A stretch of DNA of 64,000 nucleotides, taken from NCBI GenBank assembly GCA_963796455.1, contig CAWCLO010000001.1:128001-192000 (forward strand), written 5' to 3'. This stretch comes from Candidatus Sulfomarinibacteraceae bacterium. GTDB taxonomy: Bacteria > Acidobacteriota > Thermoanaerobaculia > Thermoanaerobaculales > Sulfomarinibacteraceae. This document shows, piece after piece, positions 19,458 to 27,695 of this stretch. A program made the translations under genes and the position numbers. Position 1 is the first letter of the stretch. Every line of letters starts with the position of its first letter. Under the pieces are notes generated by a model. It had not been told where the DNA came from, ran no database searches, and saw only the letters and a list, made by a program, of their open reading frames with translations.

Positions 19458-20797
19458 GCGGAGAACTCGATCCTGCCTGCTTCGGCCAACGGCCAGTCGC
19501 ACTGATAAAAACGACTCAGGTTGTTTGCGTAGAACCGGTAACCGGCGTTGGCGAGCAACGCCACAGGCAGGGGTGCCGCCGTCCGCAGCAGACGGCGCGC
19601 GATCCCGGAGAAGCTGTATGCGATTTTCCACGCCATCTCCGTACCCCTAGCCAGATCCTCGATGCCCATCCGCGCCGGATGGAAAACCACGTGCTGGCCG
19701 TCGTAGAGATCCCAGTCCCTGGTGAAAATCCTGCCCTCGCTCTCCAGCCGGCGGTAGAGGGGCGTTCCCGGAAATGGTGTCACAACGGCAAAACGGGGAA
19801 GGTCGATCCCCGCCTCGACGGCCATCCGCGCGGTTTCTTCGAAGGTATCCACTGTGTCATGGTCGAGACCGAAGACAAAACACGCCTGGAGACCGATCCT
19901 GTGTTTGTGGAGTTTTTGAACCAGTTCCTCGCAGCTGCCACTCCACCCCCACCCTTTTCGGATCTCACCGAGATTTTCACGATCCATGGATTCGAGACCC
20001 ATGAGCAAACCTCTGCACCCACTTCGAGCCGCCAGCCGCAGCAGGGCCTCGTCGGTTACGAGACGGGTGGTGGAAAGCCCGAACCAGGTCAGGTCGAGTG
20101 GAATCAGAGCCTCGAAGAGAAGGGCGGCGTAGCCGGGATCTGCAATCAGATTGAGATCCACGAAGATGATCCGCCGCGACCCGTGACGGCGGATGTCTTC
20201 CACCACCTCAGCGACCGGCTTTTTCAGAGGTGTCCGGCCCCACGCCGAGGGAACCACGCAGAACTCGCAGCCATGAACACAAGCCCGCGTCGCCTCGAAG
20301 ACGGCATCGGTGAGATAGCCCTTTGGGGGAAGCAGATCGCGCCTCGGTCGCGGCATGCCTGCGAGGGAAAGATCCGGGCGCTGATCGTATCGGGAACCGA
20401 GCCTTCCGACGGCAAAATCGCGCAGCAGCGCCGGCCAGCTCTCCTCCGCGTACCCCACCACGACGGCATCGCAGTGGGGTGCAGCATCTTCAGGGACAAG
20501 GGTCACATGAGGTCCGCCCAACACCACCGGAATTCCGCGGGACCGGAATTCCGCCGCCAGCTCGTAGCCGCGATTGGCGGTGCCGGTGATGAGGGTCATC
20601 CCGACGAGATCGGTCTCGAGACCGGGCGTCAACTCTGCCACGCCCTCGTCGATGATCACGATCTCGGCATCGAGTTCGGCGGGCACTAGAGCCGCCAAGG
20701 TGGTCAGCGTCAGGGGCGCGTAACGCAGAGACCGGCCGAATATCCCACCGCGATGGCGGTAGAGCGGTCCCTTCGGAGAAATGAGGGTGATTCTCAA
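19454..20797 (-). CDS. B12-binding radical SAM enzyme
   Basis: PLTLTTLAA, VLGGPHVT, CVHGCEFC and TPFPGTP; TTG start with SD GAGGGAG. Confidence 0.92.
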   Translation of the reverse strand: MRITLISPKGPLYRHRGGIFGRSLRYAPLTLTTLAALVPAELDAEIVIIDEGVAELTPGLETDLVGMTLITGTANRGYELAAEFRSRGIPVVLGGPHVTLVPEDAAPHCDAVVVGYAEESWPALLRDFAVGRLGSRYDQRPDLSLAGMPRPRRDLLPPKGYLTDAVFEATRACVHGCEFCVVPSAWGRTPLKKPVAEVVEDIRRHGSRRIIFVDLNLIADPGYAALLFEALIPLDLTWFGLSTTRLVTDEALLRLAARSGCRGLLMGLESMDRENLGEIRKGWGWSGSCEELVQKLHKHRIGLQACFVFGLDHDTVDTFEETARMAVEAGIDLPRFAVVTPFPGTPLYRRLESEGRIFTRDWDLYDGQHVVFHPARMGIEDLARGTEMAWKIAYSFSGIARRLLRTAAPLPVALLANAGYRFYANNLSRFYQCDWPLAEAGRIEFSA

Positions 20798-20907
20798 TGG
20801 ACTCCCTCTGAAGCTTCAGCCGGTAGACGGTCGAGATCGAGAACGATTCCGGACCTTTCGAGATTATCACGCACCCAATGTGGTGGGATCGTTCGTCAAA
20901 AAAAACG

Positions 20908-22236
20908 CTATTCTACTGAATTTGAATCACTTGACTCGATGGATCCCGGGTTCACTGCGGACGAAAACGCCCCATCGTCCACATCGGTCATCACCAGCCT
21001 GACGTCGGAATCGAAGACCCGGTTGGCTGCCATCAATTGCATCATCAGCTCACCCCACAGCGTGCCGTCGATATCGGAGTGGTCGGCGCTGATCGCGGCG
21101 GGCACCTGGAAGATCCAGAAAGGTGTGTCGTTCCATCGATCCGGCTTCTCGTGAATCTCCACCTTGCCGTCTCGAACAACCACCTCGTGGCTGTGGAGAA
21201 ACGGCACGTGGCCGGCAGTCCGAATCCCGAGCCGGCGTTGCGACGGCATCCCCGGTTCGCTCGATCTCCGGTACCGGACGAAGACCGAGTTGAAGGTCAT
21301 CGCGATGGGGACCATGAATCTGGTCACGCCGTCGCGTTCGGATGTGATTGAAACGATCATCGGGCCATCGGTGGGGCTGAGACTGCCGGCCTCCGACTGC
21401 AATACCATCTCGACGCCGGTTCGCTTGAAGACATCGATCAGCTGTTTGGAATACAACGCCTCCGTCGAGGCATTCGCTGTCACGATGAGATCGTAATGAA
21501 GCGGCACCGGCCGATCGCCGTACTCCGCGAGCATGATGTCCGAAACAACGGCCGGCCCGAGGGTCTTTTCAACGATCATGCCCCCCATGGAGTGGCCGAC
21601 CAGGGCGCACTTGCTCTCGCCATTCTCCTTGGCCACATTGGCCGATCGGAAAAGCACCTCGTTGAGGCTCTTCGACGCTACCCGGTGGGCGGCCACTCGG
21701 CGGTTCCAGAACGACACATCAATGAGTATCGGTAACGAATAGGTTCGACCGCGCCACCCGATATACAGACCGACCACCGGCCTCGGATCTTCGCCGGTTG
21801 CCTTGGCTGCCTCGGCCGAAGCTTCGGCGATGTCGGAAATCCGGGTCTCGAACCACTCGAGACGCCGACCCCCATCCTCGTCGCGCGCCGCGTTGCTTTT
21901 CCAGCCGTGTACGAATTGATAGAGGATAATGCCGTGTTCGCTTGAACGGTTGAGCCGGCGAATCTCTGCCAGGACCGCGTCGAGCTGACGTAGATCCCAC
22001 GGCTCACCCTGGTCATCGAACTCCACGACCCCCACGGAGTACTGCAGTCCGCTCCCGGTCTCGAAACGGCGCAGGTAATCTCCGGGTTCAGTGTTGAACA
22101 TCCGGTTGCCGACACAGCCAAAGGGCAAGGCCACGCCGACAGCCACTGCGACGAAGAATCCCAGCACCAGCCGTCTGAAATATCTCGCCAACCAGCCGGG
22201 TCGGGAGTCCGTGGAATCGCTTTCTTTGGGCCGCAT
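20908..22236 (-). CDS. Alpha/beta hydrolase fold protein, membrane-anchored
   Basis: N-terminal hydrophobic segment, VEFDDQG, FVHGW and GHSMG. Confidence 0.75.
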   Translation of the reverse strand: MRPKESDSTDSRPGWLARYFRRLVLGFFVAVAVGVALPFGCVGNRMFNTEPGDYLRRFETGSGLQYSVGVVEFDDQGEPWDLRQLDAVLAEIRRLNRSSEHGIILYQFVHGWKSNAARDEDGGRRLEWFETRISDIAEASAEAAKATGEDPRPVVGLYIGWRGRTYSLPILIDVSFWNRRVAAHRVASKSLNEVLFRSANVAKENGESKCALVGHSMGGMIVEKTLGPAVVSDIMLAEYGDRPVPLHYDLIVTANASTEALYSKQLIDVFKRTGVEMVLQSEAGSLSPTDGPMIVSITSERDGVTRFMVPIAMTFNSVFVRYRRSSEPGMPSQRRLGIRTAGHVPFLHSHEVVVRDGKVEIHEKPDRWNDTPFWIFQVPAAISADHSDIDGTLWGELMMQLMAANRVFDSDVRLVMTDVDDGAFSSAVNPGSIESSDSNSVE

Positions 22237-22330
22237 CAAGATCCTGTCGTTGGTTGATCGCGCCGATTGGTTGATAATACTGGCTGCTAAGATCGCAGCC
22301 ATTCTACCGGACCGAAAGGTGGTGTCCGCC

Positions 22331-23842
22331 GTGACCCGTCAAAATCGTCGTTTCATTCGTCCAATTCTCGTCACGGTTTTCGGGATCATCGCGGTGATTC
22401 TTCTGCTGGCATCGTGGGCCCAGCGTTCGAAACCGGATCTCTCGCCCTGGCACACGGCGGACTTCGATTCAGAGTTCGAGGCCAAGGACGCACGGGATGG
22501 TTTTGATTGGGGAGACTATCTGGCTCTGGAGGAGGATCTCTTCGAGGAACTCGAAGAAAAGATCGTCAGAAAAAGTGGTTCCCACGCCGACCCGAGTTGG
22601 AACCGCTATGCCGATGGCGGCCTCAACAATCCAGCCGGATTTCCCGTCAACTGGAACCGCTCATACGAGGTGGATGTGCCGTCTCCGAAGGGAGGCGCGC
22701 TCCTCATCCACGGTCTCACCGACTCACCCTACAGCCTGCGCCGCACAGCTGAGATTCTCTCCTCTCAGGGCCTGCACGTGGTCGGTGTCCGTCTTCCCGG
22801 GCACGGCACCACGCCTTCAGCCCTCAGCCGGGCCGAAGTGGCGGACTGGCGGGCCGCCGTGCGACTCGCGGTCGAGCACCTGCAAGGAGAAATCGGTTCC
22901 AGCGACGAGCTGATTCTGGCGGGCTACTCCAACGGCGGAGCGCTTGCCATCGACTATTCCCTGGACAGCCTTTTGGACGAGGGTCTTCGCACCCCCGACC
23001 GGATCATTCTCTTCTCCCCCGCCATCGGCATCACGCGGGCGGCGGCACTGGCGCGGGCCCACCATCTGTTGAGCTTCATGCCCTGGTTCAACAAACTCGG
23101 ATGGAGCGGTATCGAACCGGAGAATGATCCCTTCAAATACAATTCCTTTCCCACCGATGCCGGCTATCAGACCCACGTTCTGACCCGGTCGGTTCGGCAC
23201 AGGCTGTCTCAACTCCAGCATCAGGGTCTGTCGGAAGAATTCCCCCCGGTGCTCACCTTCATGTCACTCGCCGACGCGACGGTCCTGGTGGAGGCCGTGG
23301 TGAGCGGACTCTATGACCACCTCAGCAAACCCGAAAACGAACTCGTGATCTTCGATATCAACCGGCAATCGAAAATGACGGATTTCTTCCGAACCGACCC
23401 CGCAGTGCGGCTCAAAATGTTGATGGAAAGACCGACCACTCCATACCGGATCACAGTGATATCCAACATCGACGAGACCACCGACGCCCTCGAAGAATGG
23501 TCGCGGCCTGCCGGCTCTGACCGCGCGGATGTGAATTATCTGGAGTTGGCGTGGCCGCGCGGTTTCTATTCGCTCTCGCATGTGGCGGTTCCCTTCCCGC
23601 CGGAGGATCCGATCTATGGCTCACACCCTGACCCCGATCATCGATTCGGGATCCAGCTCGGCACCCTCGAACCGCGCGGCGAGCGGGGTCTGCTCGCGAT
23701 CTCCGCTGATCAACTCATGCGGCTGCGTTCAAATCCCTTTTTCAGCTATATCGAGGCCAGACTGAGCGCCGCAAAAACTGCGGAAGTGCCACCGGAAACC
23801 GACACCGAAACAGTCGACGCCACCGCGGGTGAAGAACAATGA
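22331..23842 (+). CDS. Alpha/beta hydrolase (esterase/lipase-like), membrane-anchored
   Basis: LIHGLTDSP, LPGHG, GYSNG nucleophile elbow and SLSH; GTG start. Confidence 0.82.
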   Translation: MTRQNRRFIRPILVTVFGIIAVILLLASWAQRSKPDLSPWHTADFDSEFEAKDARDGFDWGDYLALEEDLFEELEEKIVRKSGSHADPSWNRYADGGLNNPAGFPVNWNRSYEVDVPSPKGGALLIHGLTDSPYSLRRTAEILSSQGLHVVGVRLPGHGTTPSALSRAEVADWRAAVRLAVEHLQGEIGSSDELILAGYSNGGALAIDYSLDSLLDEGLRTPDRIILFSPAIGITRAAALARAHHLLSFMPWFNKLGWSGIEPENDPFKYNSFPTDAGYQTHVLTRSVRHRLSQLQHQGLSEEFPPVLTFMSLADATVLVEAVVSGLYDHLSKPENELVIFDINRQSKMTDFFRTDPAVRLKMLMERPTTPYRITVISNIDETTDALEEWSRPAGSDRADVNYLELAWPRGFYSLSHVAVPFPPEDPIYGSHPDPDHRFGIQLGTLEPRGERGLLAISADQLMRLRSNPFFSYIEARLSAAKTAEVPPETDTETVDATAGEEQ

Positions 23843-23855
23843 GGGGATCAATCTG

Positions 23856-25472
23856 ATGACCGTCTCCTACCAAGCTGACGTGATCATCGCCGGGGGTGGT
23901 CTGGCCGGGCTCACCGCCGCCTGGGAGCTGATCGAAAACGGCCTCAGGGTCGTGGTGCTCGACCGCGATTCCGTTGACCGGCTGGGCGGGCTCGCCAAGC
24001 GGTCCTTCGGCGGCGTGATGTTCGTCGACACTCCCCACCAGCGCAAGCTGGGCATCCGCGACAAACCCGAGCTTGCCTGGTCCGACTGGCAGAGCTTCGC
24101 GGACTTCGGTCCCGAGGACGAGTGGCCCCGGCGCTGGGCACAGACGTATGTGGAGAATTCAACCCAGCTGATTCTGGAGTGGCTCGACCAATGCGGTGTT
24201 TCTTTCCTGCCTCTGGTCAACTGGGCCGAGCGCGGTCTCTTCAAACCCGGAAACTCGGTGCCCCGCTGGCATATCGCCTGGGGAACCGGCTTCGCGATCA
24301 TCGAGGCGGTGCTTGCGTCTCTCGAGAATCACCGCCACCGGGATCTGCTCGAAATCCACTGCGGTCACAAGGTCGACCGATTGCTCACCAAAGCGGGTCG
24401 GGTTGTCGGCTGCGCCGGATCACTCGAGGAGGATGGCGGCGACTTCGAGGCCCGCGCCGACAACGTGATCCTTGCCTCCGGCGGGATCTGCGGCGGCGAT
24501 CTCAGCAAGGTCAAGGCCAACTGGTACAAACCGTGGGGCAATCCACCCTCAGTGTTGCTCAACGGCTCGCACCGCTTTGCCGATGGGCTGCTTCACGAAG
24601 AGGCGGCAAAGACCGGCGCCGCGCTGACCCACCTCGACAAACAATGGCACTACGCCGCCGGCGTTCATTCGCGAGAGACGGATTCTGCAGATGACGGCAT
24701 CAGTCTGGTGCCGCCGCGGTCGGCGCTGTGGCTCGACGCCCGCGGCCGGCGCATGGGCCCGGTGCCCCTCATGGGCTACACCGATACGCGTTGGCTGGTG
24801 GAACAGATCTGCCGCACTCCCGAGCAGTATTCGTGGCAGGTCCTCAACTGGAAGATCGCCATCAAAGAATTGGCCGTCTCTGGTTGCGACTACATGACCG
24901 CTTTCCGCAACAAAAAAAAGATCGAGCTCATCAAATCCGTCATTTTCGGCAACAAGGAGCTCGTCCACCGGCTCATCGAAGAAAGCGACGATTTCGTCGT
25001 CGCGGACACTCTGGACGAACTGATGAACAAGATGGACGTCCTCTCCCTCGACGGTGCATCCATCGACCGCGAAGGAATGGCCTCTGATATCCGCGCCTAC
25101 GATGCCCAGATCGGCCGCGGTCCACGCTATTTCAATGACGAACAACTTCGCCGAATCGCCAACTTCCGCCGCTACAAGGGCGACCGCCTTCGGACCTGTG
25201 CCTACCAGAAAATCGACGACTCGCGGGCGAGGCCGCTGATCGCCATCCGCGAGTTCATTCTCAGCCGTAAAAGTCTCGGAGGGATCCAAACCGATCTCTC
25301 GAGTCGGGTGCTCGACACCTCCGGCAAAACGATTCCCGGACTCTATGCCATCGGCGAGACCGCCGGATTCGGCGGCGGTGGCATCCACGGCAAAGGCTCG
25401 CTGGAAGGAACCTTCCTCGGCAGCTGTGTCCTGACCGGGCGATTCGCCGGTCGTGCCATCAGCGGCGGATAG
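23856..25472 (+). CDS. FAD-binding dehydrogenase (FAD_binding_2, KsdD/fumarate reductase flavoprotein-like)
   Basis: GGGLAG dinucleotide fold, SLGGIQTD, GLYAIGE and LEGTFLG. Confidence 0.88.
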   Translation: MTVSYQADVIIAGGGLAGLTAAWELIENGLRVVVLDRDSVDRLGGLAKRSFGGVMFVDTPHQRKLGIRDKPELAWSDWQSFADFGPEDEWPRRWAQTYVENSTQLILEWLDQCGVSFLPLVNWAERGLFKPGNSVPRWHIAWGTGFAIIEAVLASLENHRHRDLLEIHCGHKVDRLLTKAGRVVGCAGSLEEDGGDFEARADNVILASGGICGGDLSKVKANWYKPWGNPPSVLLNGSHRFADGLLHEEAAKTGAALTHLDKQWHYAAGVHSRETDSADDGISLVPPRSALWLDARGRRMGPVPLMGYTDTRWLVEQICRTPEQYSWQVLNWKIAIKELAVSGCDYMTAFRNKKKIELIKSVIFGNKELVHRLIEESDDFVVADTLDELMNKMDVLSLDGASIDREGMASDIRAYDAQIGRGPRYFNDEQLRRIANFRRYKGDRLRTCAYQKIDDSRARPLIAIREFILSRKSLGGIQTDLSSRVLDTSGKTIPGLYAIGETAGFGGGGIHGKGSLEGTFLGSCVLTGRFAGRAISGG

Positions 25473-25484
25473 ACTCAGTAAAGA

Positions 25485-25870
25485 GAGTCATTGCTGTTCA
25501 CGACGCGTGTGTCAGCACCAGTGTTCAGGGACGGGAACGGGAGCAGCGACAGCGCCCGTGTCCGAATTGCTTCGGCAGCCGCAATAATCAGGGGCAGCGT
25601 CAGTTTCCAGCGACAGCGACAGTGTTCAGCGGCAGCGGCGGCGGTCAGGTGCAGCAACGGAGGGGCCACCTCCGTGTCGTTCAACGGATGGAGTTGCCGG
25701 AGAAGCGATGACACCCTTCGCTGAGGTCCATGCCATGACATAGCGGCTGTTGAATCCGGAGACTTGAGTACCGTTCGCTGTCACTGTCCCGGCCGCTGGT
25801 CGCTGCCGCTGATTTCTGTTCGCTGACGCTGTCCCTGATCGCTGTACCAGACACTGCCTTGGACCAGGGC
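25485..25870 (+). repeat. Copy B of the CAGCG/CGCTG element (gene-less)
   Basis: Shares with copy A the left end, the GCCACCTCCGxGTCGTTCAAC segment (25665-25685) and the 24-nt identity at 25788-25811. Its central core matches copy D. Confidence 0.8.
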
Positions 25871-25891
25871 GACTGAAATCTCAGGGTTCTC

Positions 25892-27553
25892 TCAAGGTTC
25901 GCAATAACACGACGAGGTCGGTCTGGTGTCGGCGTCGTCAAAGGCCCGGGCCAGCCGGATCGTGAGATCTTCGGCCTCGGACTGACGCTCCTGACTCTGC
26001 AACGCCAGCTGCAACCCGGTGAGCGACCAGCCGTTGTCGCGGTTGCGTCGCAGATCTTCACGATAGACCTCCTCGGCTTCGGCAAATCGTCCATCCGCCA
26101 TCAGTAGAGCGCCAAGAGCGTGGCGAACCGGCAGCATCCAACCCGGGGGCTCGTCATAGACGAGGGCGTCTTCAGCCTCGACCCCTTCGCGCAAAATGGC
26201 GAAGGCCTCGTCACGCTCGCCCTCACGGAAGAGCAACTCACCGTAAATCATGGCGCGCGCAATCGGCAGCACGGCGGAAACCTGGTTGTTGAAGATCCAC
26301 CACTCCTCGGGAACTTCGGCCATCGCCTGCTCGAAGGACTCGAGTTCGGCGCGCGCCTCGTCGGTCCGACCAAGGGCCGAATTGGCGATCGATCGCGCAT
26401 AATGGCGGACCGCGCGCGACACCAATCGCCATTCAGGGTAATCGGGTTCTTCGAGGATCTCCTCCCATTTCCCGAATCGAATCAGAACGTGAAAATTGGC
26501 GGGCATGATGCCTTCGATGAGGCCCGAGAAATCGCGCAATGCGGACTCGGGCATTTCGGCCTCGAGATCGCGTGCGGCCTGGATCGCCTGTTCGTAGTTG
26601 CCCGACATCATTGCGGCATAGGAGAGGAAATGCAGGTTGTGGCCGTAGTACATCGCGTAAAGACCGGGAGTCGGAGCGTTGGCAAGGTAATTACGATCCA
26701 CCTCAATGGCGGCGATATTGGTCTGCGCCGCGTCTGCGTACCTGCCGACCCGGATGTAAATGTGTGAGGGCATGTGGACGAGGTGGCCGGAGCCCGGCAC
26801 GATCTCGGTCAGGCGATCGGCAGCCTCGATCGCGCGCTCCGGGTTCGACGAGGCCTCCACCGCATGAATCAAGAAGTGGTTCGCACCCGGGTGCCGCGGA
26901 GAGGTCTCGAGAGTTCGCTCGATGATTTCGACAAACTCCGCCGTCCGCCCCTTGGGCTCGCCGGCGTCGGTCCAGTAGTCCCAGGGTTGAAGATCCATCA
27001 ACGCCTCGGCAAAGAGGGCCGCAACATCGGGATCATCAGGAAAATCCTGATAGACCGTCTCCATCGCATCGGCATAATCCTGGTCCAGCCCACTCCGATC
27101 TTCGGGCGCCGGCCAGGCATATCGAGTCGCCACTGCGCGCACCAGCGCGGCCTCGACGGGTGATGCGGCGTCAATCCGCTCGATGGCCTCCTGGGAGGCC
27201 TTCCACGCGTTGTGCGGCCGATCGCCCGTCATTTCAGCGTCGTTGATATTGGTGCCGTTGCAGTAGGCGATCCCCCACCACGGCATCGGATTCGAGGGGT
27301 CGGCCGCCGCCGCCTGCTCGAAGGATCGGATCGCCTCATCGTGGTTGAAGCCGTACATCAGCTGCATGCCCTGGTTGAAGAACTGCTGGGCGGTCTCCGA
27401 CTCGGTCGTGATGGCGCGCTCGTAGTTGCCGAACCCTTCGTAGATCCGGCCGGCCGCGCCCGGTTCCTCGGAGCGGCACCCCGAGAGCACCATGACCCCG
27501 GCGGTGGCAACTGCAATTGCGGACCACCACAACTTCTGCTTCGTATTTTTCAC
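25892..27553 (-). CDS. TPR-containing lipoprotein
   Basis: Lipobox LSGC, GFNHDEAIRSF, HPGANHFLIHAVE, HLVHMPSHIY; helical repeats. Confidence 0.8.
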   Translation of the reverse strand: MKNTKQKLWWSAIAVATAGVMVLSGCRSEEPGAAGRIYEGFGNYERAITTESETAQQFFNQGMQLMYGFNHDEAIRSFEQAAAADPSNPMPWWGIAYCNGTNINDAEMTGDRPHNAWKASQEAIERIDAASPVEAALVRAVATRYAWPAPEDRSGLDQDYADAMETVYQDFPDDPDVAALFAEALMDLQPWDYWTDAGEPKGRTAEFVEIIERTLETSPRHPGANHFLIHAVEASSNPERAIEAADRLTEIVPGSGHLVHMPSHIYIRVGRYADAAQTNIAAIEVDRNYLANAPTPGLYAMYYGHNLHFLSYAAMMSGNYEQAIQAARDLEAEMPESALRDFSGLIEGIMPANFHVLIRFGKWEEILEEPDYPEWRLVSRAVRHYARSIANSALGRTDEARAELESFEQAMAEVPEEWWIFNNQVSAVLPIARAMIYGELLFREGERDEAFAILREGVEAEDALVYDEPPGWMLPVRHALGALLMADGRFAEAEEVYREDLRRNRDNGWSLTGLQLALQSQERQSEAEDLTIRLARAFDDADTRPTSSCYCEP

Positions 27554-27695
27554 GTCTTCCCCCACTTCATCCTCACGATGTGGTGGGGGGTGTCGGCTCA
27601 CAACCGCGATTTCCCCACCCTTTCTATTTAGATACTCTGTCTCAAATATGTTTCATCATAACAAAAGCTGGGTTAATTTGGGGCCGGAGGGCACC

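Noticed and set aside
18093..20797. Naming the rSAMs as hpnP, bchE or a membrane-spanning lipid synthase
   Set aside because: Only the shared B12/rSAM architecture is visible; there are no hopanoid or bacteriochlorophyll context genes and a phylogeny is needed.
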